DNA of 64,000 nucleotides from NCBI GenBank assembly GCA_951406725.2, contig OX597826.1:61690001-61754000 (forward strand), read 5' to 3'. Position 1 is the first letter of the stretch. Every line of letters begins with the position of its first letter. Under the pieces are notes generated by a model. The model was given only the letters and a program-made list of their open reading frames with translations. It was not told the origin of the DNA and searched no databases. The DNA is from Octopus vulgaris (Eukaryota). Shown piece by piece: positions 1 to 13,421 of the stretch. Position numbers and translations under genes: made by a program.

Positions 1-1164
1 ATACATTTAATTCTGTTATTTATTCTTCCTGCATATTATTCCTATATTTATAGCCATCTATTTTCAAATATCTATACTCCGTTATTTTCGTTATTTAATC
101 CTATATTCTGTTGTCCTCCTTTGCTCTTTTACGTCTCTTACTCTTTTTCATTTTTGTATATACTCATTGTTGTATACATTCATAAATATATTTCTTGATA
201 TCATTCTATCAAACTTATATTTATTCATATATATATACTTGTTTTACTCCTTTATATTCTTTCCTAATTTGCATCATTATTCTTTAATTCTATTCTTTCA
301 TTGTTTGATATTATTCTTTCATTCCGCTATAATATTACTCCATTCTATTTCTCTATTCCTTTTAATGTAATCTTCTATTCCTTCAATTTATATATTCTTT
401 ATACTAAGCACCTGTTTTAATACGTTTTAAATTCTCTCCTACATACACCGTTAACAGTTATCGATTGGTAGAATCTTTTTAGAGCATTGAACAAAATTCA
501 TTCATTGAAATATATATTTTCACCCTGTGCGTTCTAAGTTCAAATCCCACTGAGATCAATTCCGCCTTTCATCTTTTCGGAAACAATAAAATATTGCACC
601 AGTCACGTATTAGGGATCGATGTAATCGACTGTACCACTCCTTTGAAATTATTATACACACCGTTGTTTTTAGTCTAATATACAACATTATATACATCAT
701 CTTAATGACAGATTCCCAGCAAGACTACTATCACCTTCCAAATCGCACCACCCCCACTTATGCCGCATACATCCTGCTCTAATCAAATACTTAATTTTTT
801 CTTCTCACGACCTTCATTTCTCTGGTATTAATCCCTTCCAGTTTTCCTACGCATGTCAACTACTAAAATACGTCGAAATATGGCGATATCTCCAGTAACA
901 CACGAACAACAAATGTTACTGGCACTAGTTTTTTTCCTTCTGAAAAAAAAAAGAATAAAGAAAGCAAAATTATGACAAAACAAACCTTAAAGGCCTTCAT
1001 CCAAACACCTCCAATGCTCCGTTTTATCAACATTTGTTAAAACATTCATTTCCAAACCATCAAATATCTGAAACACTCCATTCTTTCTGTTACACTTTTG
1101 CTAACAATATCGGTTTACAGAAGTTTAAGATGAAAATCATGCTTTTAACCTTCCTTAATGTAAA

Positions 1165-1525
1165 GACCAACTTGTTTGTTTTAATATACATAAACTGGAA
1201 TATGTAAATGTGTTAATGCAAGAACTGAGCATTGAAAAGGGCTCTACATTATCGTAACGTAGAGTCCTTGGGACAGGCCACTGTCTTAATGCAATAACTA
1301 AACATAGTCTTATGCAAGAATTAGACAGTGTCTTAGTAGATGAAGTGAACATTGTTTATATACGAAGAATAAACACTCTCCTAATGCAAAGACTGGAGAC
1401 TGTCTTGTTGCAAGGACTGGACGACGTTTAGATACAAGTACTCGACAATGTTTTAATATGAAGACTAAATATATTGTCTTGTTACAAAATCTGGACGATG
1501 TCTTAACGCCAGGAATGGATATCTA
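1165..1525. repeat. Degenerate ~24-bp minisatellite
   Basis: Ten or more diverged units resembling tgtcttaatgcaaggactggacaa. Confidence 0.7.
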
Positions 1526-2157
1526 AGCTTAATACAAACATCACTCAGATGATGTTCACACTGAATATCTGGTGCCTCAAACTCACTGATTTGATAGGCT
1601 TCAGCTATGTTTAATGTCCGCTCTCCTGAAAAAAAAAATTAAAAAAAAGAAAACCAACCAAGAAACCATTAATTGTTATCCGCCATTTATAATTACCAGT
1701 CAGCCCTATATTTATACTCTAGTTTTACTGATTCCTTAATTTCTATTCTTGCATTCTTTTATTCTTGACTAAAACCATAAAAAACAAAAAAAGAAACCCA
1801 TGCTTCCCCAATTCTAATCCGTAAATCCTTTATTTATTCCTTTATATCAATTCTCTAATAATTTATATTCTTTCAAATTGCTATTAATTTATTTCTTTAT
1901 TTCTAACCAACCCATAAAATAACAATATTATTCTGTCATATTATTCAAATATTATTAATTTTTTTCATTAAAAAAAGAAAAAAAAAAAAATTTTATTCCT
2001 CAATTATTATTTATTCTTTTATTCCTGGACTCACTCATTCGTTCATTTATTCATTTCCCCTCCACCCCTATCCATTCCATTACCCTCGTTATAGAGACAA
2101 TATGTTGAAATGAAACTGTGCGCAATCATTGAAACGTGGAATAGCACCAAATAGCAA

Positions 2158-2159
<2 letters not shown>

Positions 2160-2192
<33 letters not shown>

Positions 2193-2239
2193 TGTGTGTG
2201 TGAGGCTGTATGTCTGCGTGTCTGTGTATGCATACGTTG

Positions 2240-2277
<38 letters not shown>

Positions 2278-3112
2278 CTGTGTATGTGGCAAAAAAAAAC
2301 CCAGCAGCATATCCACCACCATCACTGCAGCAGTACCCCCTCCCACGCCACCCCCTCCAACGCAATCATCCCGTTCCAGCACCAACACTACACACCTTAC
2401 TGAAATATTCCGACCCTCTCCCTACCCTCATATTTAAATTGCCCATCATCATTCTTTCTCATTTATCAGTCCTCTTCCTCCTCCCTCTCATCATCATCAT
2501 CATCATCACCACCACCACCACCACCACCACCACCACCATCATCATCATCGTCGTCGTCGTCGTTGTCATCATCGTCTTCATCTTCATCCTTACAGCCTCC
2601 TCCACATCCTCCAACTCCTTCTCCTCATCATTATCATTACCATCCTTCTCTTCCTTCTCCTCTTCTTTCTTCTCCTTCTCCTCCTCCTCCCCATCATCAT
2701 CATCATCATCATCATCATCTTCATTACCATCGCATGGTCATCATCATCATCACCCCTCCTGATTATTATTATTGTTACCATCACCATCATCATAAATATT
2801 CTTACCATGATCAGGATTATCATCATTATCATCGTCATAGATTACACCACCACCATCACCACCACCACCACCACCACCACCACCACCACCATCACCACCA
2901 CCACCACCATCATTATAATCATCATCGACATCAACATCACCAACATCATCATCATCATCATCATTGTCGTCATCGTCGTCGTCATTGTCATCGTCGTTGT
3001 CATGATCATCATCGTCCTTGTTGTCATCTTTACCAAGTCGTCGACGCTGTCATCACTTTTATCAATGATGTCATCATCGTCATAATCATCGTCATCGTCA
3101 TCATCGTCATCG

Positions 3113-3147
<35 letters not shown>

Positions 3148-3385
3148 TTCCACCTCATCTTTTTCATCATCTTTATAATCAATTATATCATCATTTTCAG
3201 TACCCCTTTCTTCCACCTCACCATCATCACTGATACTGCCTTTATATCTCATTGGTATCGTGACCGATATCAAATCCTGAAAACCTCGAAACCCATCCTT
3301 CTTCATCAGTTCCATCGCTGTAACGAAGGGGCAATTAGCCATCAAAATCATAATTAACACCACCACCACCACCACCACCACCACT
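2160..3385. repeat. Compound microsatellites (TG)n, (CAT)n, (CAC)n, (CGT)n
   Basis: Directly visible; source of the poly-H/I/T/S pseudo-ORFs. Confidence 0.95.
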
Positions 3386-3632
3386 GCCTTCGCCACAGCC
3401 ACAGCAAACTCAACCTCCGTCTCACTACTGTAACGTTCTCCATAACAGTAATATACTGAGGTACATGTCAACAACAATGCTTCTACTTCATCACTCTACC
3501 GACCGGCCAGAAATAGCAGCCAGTTCTCTATCAAATTCCACTTTATACTTTATAAAAAAAAAAAAAAGAAACACATGACATTGGTTTGTGAAGGAAATAT
3601 GACGAGGTAGGCAAATATGGAGTGCGTTTAAA

Positions 3633-3850
3633 GGCGGCGAGCTGGCAGAGACGTTAGCACGCCGGGCGAAATGCCTAGTGGTATTTCGTCTGTCTTTATG
3701 TTCTGAGTTCAAATTCCGCCGAGGTCGACTTTGCCTTTCATTCTTTCGGGGTCGATAAATTAAGTACCAGTTGCGCACTGGGGTTGATCTAATCGACTGG
3801 CTCCCTCCCTACAAAATTTCAGCCCTTGTGCCTAGAGTAGAAAAAAAAAA
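3633..3850 (+). mobile_element. tRNA-derived SINE, family A, with 19-bp TSD
   Basis: ggcggcgagctggcag A-box head, gagttcaaattcc B-box, core gcctttcattctttcggggtcgataaattaagtaccag, poly(A). TSD aaatatggagtgcgtttaa. Confidence 0.9.
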
Positions 3851-4972
3851 ATATGGAGTGCGTTTAATCAATCGTCCACCAGGTCAATCTCGACTCAGAG
3901 CTAATGAAAATAAAATATAACAAAAACAATAACAACATCAATAGCAGCAGCAGCAGTAGCTGAAACTACAGCAAGGATCCGTGTGGTTAACTGTCTGTAA
4001 CTCTAAGAAAGCATTCGCTTCTAAATAGAAGAGTATACCTTTTTGAAGTTGGTGATAGCATTTCAATTAACGACACTAGGAAAGTTGTGCGTGTATACAT
4101 CTCCATTAGTAAGAAGGTACCAGTAATATAATGAGGTAGAATGTATATGTCCATATTGAGGATTAAGTAATGAATTGGTAGAGTCTTTGGAGAGATAGAA
4201 AGAAAACCTCAAAGTAGTTTGTTTTCATACAGTTTTGCACAGTGCTCAAATCCTGCCGAGGTCAACTCAGTTTTTTTGTCATTTCAGGGTCGACAAGTAA
4301 GTGGTAATCCAAGGCGACGGATTGGTAGATTTGTTAGAAGGTTGGGCATGTTGCTTTACGGTATCTCTACCGGCTCTTTACGTTCTGGCAGCAATGTAGG
4401 TGAGGACTTGGATGCAAAATTGTATCAACCTTTGGGTAAATATCGGTTGAATGGAAACTATGAATGCATAGGTAACTGATAGTCATCAACGAAATGAAAA
4501 AAATAAATACCATGCTTACACCATCATATGCATGAGGAAATGCATGGTTAATCACAAGCAATATCTAGGCCTCTAGACATGAAATGTGTGTATACCTATT
4601 ATATCAAAACCTCTGTATCTATGTCCAAATATAAATGTGTCTATAACAGGTTCGTTGATGTCGTTTTAGGAATTGTTTGTTCTGCTGTTATTGTTGTTCT
4701 TCTTCTTCCAATCAGGACTCACGCCATTAGCCACAAAGAATAATCTCTAATTCGAGCCTACTCTAAGCTACTAAGAATGCGTGTGGCAGAAGACGAGATG
4801 TTCACCGGTAGAATTCTTTTAAACATCGGCCCGCTCTATGAGGGATGACATTATGCTAAATAACAGCAATAACAGCGACTTCAACAGCTAGTAGTTCTCT
4901 TGCAATGGCCTTGAGAAATTGCAACAAAAAATAAAGTTCCATTTACACACACAGAGACACAAGCACACACAG

Positions 4973-5031
<59 letters not shown>

Positions 5032-5032
5032 T

Positions 5033-5065
<33 letters not shown>

Positions 5066-5471
5066 CACACACGCACGCACAAGGCGGAGGAAAAACGCAA
5101 GGAAAAGAGAACTCGGAAATTTCTAGAATGCCGCAACCTCCAGTTTCGTCAACCCATTTCAAATATAATTACTAGCGCATTAATTAATTCATTAATTAAT
5201 CATGATCCACAGATGAATACCTCTGATTAAGTCCGACTAGTTTAGCAAAAATTCAAACGGAAACAATAACTGTTATTTGTAATTTTTTTTTCATATTCGT
5301 CAAAATTATTTGTTGTTTTGTACTCAATGTTTGCGATAAAATACAACCAATTTATATCAGCATGTATCGTTGGTGTTGTCAGCGTCAGCGTGCCGTTGTT
5401 GTTGCTGTTATTGTCACCATTCTTGTTATTTCTGTTGTTATTATCACTGTCATTATTGTTATTATTATTAC

Positions 5472-5510
<39 letters not shown>

Positions 5511-5744
5511 TCTTATTATAATGTTATTATTATTATTATTATTATTACTGTTATAATGTTATTAATATTACTATTATTATTATTATTATTGTTATTATTA
5601 TTACTCTTATTATAATGTTATTATTATTATTATTACTGTTATTATAATATTATTATTATTACTATTATTATAGCTGTTCTTATTGTTGTTGTTACTGCTG
5701 TTGTTATTATCTTACGTTTTTTTCTCAAAAATATTCTTGTTAAT

Positions 5745-5897
5745 GTCTTTATGTTCTGAGTTCAAATTCCGCCTAGCTCGCCTTTGCCTTTCGTCTTTTC
5801 GGGGTCGATAAATTAAATACCAGTTGCGTACTGGAGTCGATCGAATCGACTGGCTCCCTCCCCAAAAATTTTGGCTTTTTGCCTCGCGCAGAAAAGA
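5745..5897 (+). mobile_element. 5'-truncated SINE family A (degenerate copies also near 465-640, 4240-4310, 10585-10715, 40705-40920, 52838-52990)
   Basis: Shared gagttcaaattccgcc...cggggtcgataaattaa core. Confidence 0.8.
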
Positions 5898-5945
5898 GTA
5901 TTCTTGCTACTGCCATAATTTATGCAGTGTTATTGCTATTGTTGT

Positions 5946-6190
5946 GGAGGCGCGTGGCTTAGTGGTTAGGGTATCAGCATCATGATCGTAAGATTGTGGT
6001 TTCGATTCCTGGACCGAGCGACGCGTTGTGTTCTTGAGCAAAACACTTCATTTCACGTTGCTCCAGTCCACTCAGCTGGCAAAAGTGAGTAACGCTGCGA
6101 TGGACTGGCATCCTGTCCAGCTGGGGAATACATATGCCATTGAAACCGGGAAACCGGGCCCATGAGTCTGGCTAGACTTTAAAAGGGCGC
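5946..6190 (+). mobile_element. tRNA-derived SINE, family B
   Basis: ggaggcgcgtggcttagtggttaggg head, gtttcgattcc B-box, body gttcttgagcaaaacacttcatttcacgttgctccagtccactcagctgg. Confidence 0.85.
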
Positions 6191-6971
6191 AATTATTTAT
6201 TATTTATTACTATTGTTATTATCGCTAATATTATTGCTGTTACTATTGTCATAGCATAAATTTTCTTATCAATATTCTTTGCAGTGTTATTACTATTCTT
6301 ACTTATATTTTTATTACTGTTGTTATTACTGCTGTTTCTGTTATTATTGCATCATTTTTCTCATTAATATTCTTTGCGGTGTTATTACTATTGTTATTAC
6401 TATTGTTATTACTTCTGTTATCATCGTTGTTATTGCATAATTTTTCTCATAAATATTCTTTCTATTGCCGCTGTTATTATTATTGCTATTGTTCCTACTG
6501 TTGTTGCCATTGTTATTGCTTTTGCTGTTGTTATTTTCTTTTTGTCATTAATGTTCATTACCGTTGTTATTTTGTTATTATTGCCATTATTATTGCTGTT
6601 GTTGTTGTTGCCGTTGTTATTATTATTGTTATTATCACTGTGCTCTTTATTATTCTTGCTGATACTGTTGTGGTCAATGTTCTTTTTGTTCTTGTATTTA
6701 ATATTGTTTTCACTGGTGGTGGTGAAATGGCAGAACTGTCAAAGCGTCCAACAGAATGCCTTGCAGTGTACGTTCCGGCAGCCCTCTGAGCCTTAAGTTC
6801 AATCTCCACCTAAGCCAACATTTACCTACCATCCATCTGAGGTCGATGTATAAACTGCGGGCGCAACTGTCTTTTAGTACAGCCCCGAGCCGATCAAAGC
6901 CTTGTGAATGAATTTGGTAGACGGAAACTGAAAGAAGTCCGTCGTACTCCGCCCCACATACACACGCGCAC

Positions 6972-7017
<46 letters not shown>

Positions 7018-7231
7018 GTGCGAACATGCACGTGTGTGTTTGTGTTTATCGCTCACTACTGCTAGACAACCGGAGTTCAATTATTTGCCTGTTCGTGCAC
7101 TAGTGGTTCGACAAAAGAGACCAATAAATTAAATATTAACTATCAAGCTTAAAAAAAAAAATGGATCAATTTATTCGCTCGAAACCTATAGAATGGTACC
7201 CCAGCATTGCTGCAGTCTAATGATTCGAACT

Positions 7232-7535
7232 GGCGCTCTGTCGGTTACAACGACGAGGGATACAATAGATCCGATCATCGGATCAACTTGCTCATGAAAT
7301 TAACGCGCATGTGCCTGAGCACTCCTACAGACAAGAATACCCTTGATTTAGTTTTCAGGGAGATTCAGCGTGACACGGAGGGTGACAAGGCCGGCCTTTG
7401 AAACACAAGTGCAGCTAATTTTTTTCCAGCCGAGTGAACTGGAGCAACGTGAAATAAAGTGTCTTGCTGAAGAACACAACGTGTCACCGGGAATCAAAAT
7501 GCCGACATCAGGATCGTGAGCCGGATACCCTAACT
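7232..7535 (-). mobile_element. SINE with family B head/body and family C tail
   Basis: 7420-7535 matches family B. 7232-7410 matches the tail of the 31723 and 57264 copies. Confidence 0.7.
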
Positions 7536-8002
7536 GCAAATAAGTAAAAGCTAAAAGCGAACATGTATTTGTTGTGTTATATAAATGTGGAGAATGTGTC
7601 GTAGTATATGTGACTAGTATTATATTCGAGATGTGTGTGGTTTGCGCTAGTGTTTTTAAGGTTGTAACTACGAGTATATATTTCACTTGTTGCTGTTTAT
7701 GTGTGCTGTATACAGAGTAAAATGCAACGGTTGTATTATTGAATAAAAAGTGTTACACAGAAAGTAGGTTCTACCTTGCAAGTCTTTTTTTATATATTTA
7801 ACTCTGTGTATAAGTTTATGGGCGCTTGTGTGCTTTTAATGTTTTTTTTTAATTTGTAAATGTGATTCACTTTACCTCGTGCTCCCGTTTTTTTTTTTTT
7901 TAAATCCATACCCTACTTTCTGTTTTTTTTCCTTTTCTGTTTCAAGATATTCGCACTCTCACAGATTCTAGGTCTCCTTTGTTGCAGGCAATATTTCAAA
8001 AA

Positions 8003-8462
<460 letters not shown>

Positions 8463-8528
8463 ATTCACCATGATTGATCGCTAGCCACTATACTTTTTTA
8501 TTTTCTCTCTCTGCTTGTTTCTGTGTTC

Positions 8529-8564
8529 CTTTCTGTGGGAGATCGTAGGCTCGAAACGTAAAAG
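8529..8564 (+). ncRNA. Degenerate minimal hammerhead-like motif
   Basis: cttt ctgtggga gatc-gtag-gctc GAAA cg TA aaag. Stem I pairs but the core is mutated. Confidence 0.4.
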
Positions 8565-8796
8565 ACTTTCTCACTTCCCGAGCGTTAAACTAATACATCT
8601 GTTTGTTGTTTACGCAACAGTCTTCGTCTTTTGTTTTGTTCTTTTTTTATAAATTCCGACTATAATCTATATAATCCTAATGTTTTAAGTTTCTAATTTA
8701 GATAATGGAGTTTTTTTAATAAGAAAAATTATTATTTTATTTATTTCTTAAAAAATATTGTTTAACTCTATTTGCTTATTTAGTTAACGATTATCA

Positions 8797-8900
8797 TTAA
8801 CCTGAAGATTGACTATAATTTTAGTTCGAATTTATTACAATTCAATTTAAACTTAATTGTAATTCGAATTTAATTATAGCCATGAAACGTACGTAGTGTT
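8797..8900 (+). ncRNA. Hammerhead-like motif with a long stem II
   Basis: CTGAAGA 8802-8808, a ~70-nt hairpin (tgactataatt/aattatagcca, agttcga/tcgaatt, attacaatt/aattgtaat), GAAA 8884-87, palindrome cgtacg, TA. Stem I is weak. Confidence 0.55.
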
Positions 8901-9080
8901 TTTACTTATATTATATTTATCATTTTTTAATACTTTTTTGGAAAAAAACAAAACTTATATATATATTATTTATATATATATATATATATATATTAATTAT
9001 ATTTATTTATTTGTTATTTATGTATTGGTTTATGTATATCACTGTCTGAGTTGCCTAATAGTGGTTTTATCTCTAATTCA

Positions 9081-9145
<65 letters not shown>

Positions 9146-9184
9146 TAAGTCGTCAAGTATGAAATTTGTAGTAAGGTATGTATG

Positions 9185-9226
<42 letters not shown>

Positions 9227-9508
9227 AATACATAGATAGATAGAAGGATATGCATGAAAAGTGCGAATGTAACAAATGTATATTGTAGCTCTAAAGAAAT
9301 GCCAGTGTTGATGTCATTGTGATGGGTGCTTGTATGTGTATGAGATGTGGGTATATATTTTAGCTTTAATGCAGATAAACAAATTATATATAACAGCTTG
9401 GGTTTGATACACAATATATATATATATAAATATTTATGTATGTATGAATGTATGTACGTATGTATGTAAGTATGTATGTATGTATGTATGTATGTATGTA
9501 TGTATGTA

Positions 9509-9544
<36 letters not shown>

Positions 9545-9649
9545 CATGCAAACAGACACGAAGCAAAGACTGAAGATTTTCAGCCGTCATATCTCCTCAC
9601 CTTGATACTTGTATTCCACCTTGATACTTGTATAGCATCTCTCACTACC

Positions 9650-10401
9650 CCGCGGAATTGTTCCCCCGTTTGAATCATTTGAACGCTACAAAGTGTTTTC
9701 TATACCAATAATCTCTCGATTTCATCGGGCAACTATATTTTTGCTTTTAAGAAAACTTAACATCGATACTGTTGGTATTCTTATTATAATTAGGTGGGTC
9801 AGCGTACAGAGTTACCCGAGATTTTACATCCTATTCACTTGAGTCTAACTTAGAACTAAGGTACGTAAGATCTTGAACGTGACCTATGAGATCTTCTCCG
9901 ATGTTGTTGATGGATTCTTGTTGATTGTGATAAAAACTCGGATAGCCAAGCAAACTAGATGTTGTTTGGAAATTAACCCTGTCAGAAAACATTAAGAGCT
10001 TCCCCCCTTTTTATAGACATCACTAACCTGGACGGTTAAAAAAAGACTGAAATCCAACTAGATGGAACTTAAACTTGAATATTAAGAGGAGTCTTAAACA
10101 TATCTAGAAATCATTCCACTCACAAACGGCTGCAATGGAGATATCTTGTCTGTTTCCAGTATTATAAGAGAAAGGCGCTTGCGTTTTGCGATACATTGCT
10201 GGAGAGACAAACAAGAGCTGGCAAGTGACTTACTGCTATGAATGCCAAAGCGTAACCGTGCTCGAGTAGGTCGTCCGAATACAAACGTATGTAGAACAAC
10301 TCACCCGCCCAAACACCTCCCTCATCTTACACAGGACCGAGATGGACGGTGTATGCGGGTTAACAATATCTGAGCAAGCTCTACCGGATGATGGTGATGA
10401 T
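9650..10401 (+). mobile_element. Highly degraded RTE-like LINE 3' fragment
   Basis: RRLRFAIHCWRDKQELASDLLL...GRP remnant and gatgatggtgatgat tail. The 5' boundary is approximate. Confidence 0.55.
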
Positions 10402-10498
10402 AAGTACATAGGGTATCCTTTGTTGACTCATGAATATTTGATGAGGATTTAAAAGAGGTTGGGAGTAGGGAGAGAGTGGGATCAAGCGAGTGAGATAA

Positions 10499-10533
<35 letters not shown>

Positions 10534-10951
10534 AAGAGAGAGAATATAATTATGTAGGGAAGGGTTAAGTTTAATGAAGGAAGATTCCGCCGAGATCGAC
10601 TTTACTTTCCATCCTTTAAGGGTCAATAAATTAAGTAGCAACGAAAAACTGGGGTCGATGTAATTGACTAGTCCCCGGCCCTGAAATTTCGGGCCTTGTG
10701 CCTTTAGAAAATGACTGAGACAAGTAGAGCTTGAAAGCGGTACTTTCCACATACACGTGTGTACACGTATAGGTCACAATCAACAAGAATCCAGCAACAA
10801 CATGTGCGTGTGTATGTATAAATGTATGTATGAATGTATGTACGTATGTATTTACACACACACATGTATATATACATACATAAACATCTAAAAATTGTGC
10901 GTTTGTATTTTAGATGTGTATGGAGTTAAAATGCTATGTGGCGTGTCCAAG

Positions 10952-11013
<62 letters not shown>

Positions 11014-11055
11014 GATCAATAAATGGTGGAGTTGTGTATATGTATATATATATAT

Positions 11056-11111
<56 letters not shown>

Positions 11112-11167
11112 GTATATGTATACGTGTATATGTATATATATTATATATATATATGTATATGTATATG

Positions 11168-11199
<32 letters not shown>

Positions 11200-11650
11200 T
11201 GTATGTATGTATGTATGTATATAAATCGGGGCGTGCCGTGATCTTTCTGGCTGGGGAAGCAATGACCAAAATGACCAAATTGACATGTTCATATACAGCT
11301 ATTTTTAAAATATAAAAAAATCGGATTTTATATTAAAGATGTTCTGCAATTTGAAAAAAATATAAGCAATTAATCGAATAAATGCAGAAATCTACGTGCG
11401 TGTTATCTTTTCACCGTTTTTCTGATGGAAGCAGAAAGTCAACTTGTTTCCCATTTCTATCTAAGTGTTACATAACAACATAAGATTATATATATCATAG
11501 GTATTGCGAATTGACAGAAACTTAATTTAAGCGCATAAGTATTTATTAGCATCTGAAACTATTCATTATCAGCTCTTACTAGAAAAAAAAATTGGCTTTG
11601 TGACCGCACACGTACATGCCAAATAGCATTTTAACTCAACACCCATTCAA

Positions 11651-11796
<146 letters not shown>

Positions 11797-11810
11797 CATA
11801 TATATATATA

Positions 11811-12355
11811 AACCAGATAAACCAGATAAACCAGATAAACCAGATAAACCACTTCCACCTCAGGTGTCTTCGGAACCTCCTTCACATCCGCTGGCAGGAC
11901 AAAGTCCCAGACACGGAAGTTCTGAAACAGGCAGATCTCCCTAGCACCATCACGATCATGCGCAAGGCTCAGCTGAGATGGGCGGGCCACGTCTCCCGCA
12001 TGTCCGACACTCGCATCCCAAAACAGCTCTTCTACGGTGAACTCAGCCAGGGCAAACGCAAAGTCGGAGGGCAGAAGAAGCGCTTCAAGGACAGTCTCAA
12101 AGTCTCTCTCAAAGACTTCTCCATCGGCACAGAGACTTGGGAGACACATGCTGCCGACCGCTCATCCTGGCGTAGCGCAATCACCACAGGAGCAGGGACA
12201 GCCGAGGAGGGACGGATTCGGTCAGCAGAGCAGAAACGCCAGATGTGGGAGGGGCTTCCTTGCCCGGATTGGCCTCACCAGCCACCTCCGGTCTCATAGC
12301 AGCAATTGCACCAAATGATGTCAATGGTCATCTTCGAACCCGAAGGACGAACATT
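11811..12355 (+). mobile_element. 5'-truncated RTE-clade LINE, 3' end
   Basis: FHLRCLRNLLHIRWQDKVPDTEVL...QLRWAGHVSRM...PKQLFYGEL...KRFKDSLK and terminal ARIGLTSHLRSH. GC-rich relative to flanks. Confidence 0.9.
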
Positions 12356-12524
12356 ATGTCTGTGTATATACATATATACATACATACATACATACATACA
12401 TTATATATACAGTATATGATAGTGTGTATGTTTGTATCTCTGTATGTAATTATTGCGTGTATGAGTATTTATTTGTGTCATTATATATGTGACCTTGTTG
12501 CTGAATCGTACGCATACGCACGCT

Positions 12525-12577
<53 letters not shown>

Positions 12578-13421
12578 GCGCGCGCGTGCACGCACAGATA
12601 CACGCCCGCACGTACGCACACACACAAAGAAAATCGACCTCGGAATCAAAATCTATGGTCATGAGTGTTCAAGTGTTCAGTTACTTCAACTACCACCCTC
12701 ATTGAATTAGCGTATACGTGGCTGAGTATAATAGAGGTCCGTACTCTGAACGCAACGGAGTTAACACGACACAGGGACTAGTCCGGGCCTTTGAATTACA
12801 TGTGAAATCCACCCGATGGGATTCCGCATAGTTTCCCTCGACCAACTTTCATTCATTTATTGACTTCAGGTTATGGAAAATGGCGCTTACCTAAGATGCA
12901 ATACTGTGAACTGAGAGAGGAGCGAACTTCATATACCCTTGCAGCACCTCATATATATAATTCAGGGTCATAAGAGCCATTGTGTCCTTTTCTAAAAGAG
13001 TAAGGCATGAATTGAGCACGATGTGCCTGCCATTTCTAGTAGCCACCAGTAGTTGTCTTCCTCGGTTGATATGTTAATATGCTTTTTTTGTATGTAAGAA
13101 CATGTATAATATAATTGCTTGTCATGTAACGTGTCTGTGCGTGTTTATGGTGCGTCTATGTAAGTGAAGTATGTATGTGTTGTGGAGGTGAGTGTGTATG
13201 TGATTGTGTATGCGTGTGTGTGTGTGCACGTGGTAGCGGTGGTGGTATTGTCGACGGTGGTGATGGTGGTGTCCAACTGGAGAAATAGCAACAACATGAG
13301 TGAGTAGGACGTAACACGAAGCACGATTTTCTCTAAGCTTCTTCCTCTCTTTCCTCTTGCTCTCCCTCCATCCCTCCCTGCTTCCTTCTTTCTCTCTTCT
13401 GCCTTTGTTTTTTTTTTAAAT

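Noticed and set aside
1165-1525. CRISPR-like array
   Set aside because: Eukaryotic context, adjacent diverged units, no unique spacers and no cas genes.
12360-13421. 3' UTR end and poly(A) site of the GPCR gene
   Set aside because: The AATAAA-like hexamers seen fall in decayed repeats, so the site cannot be placed without transcript data.
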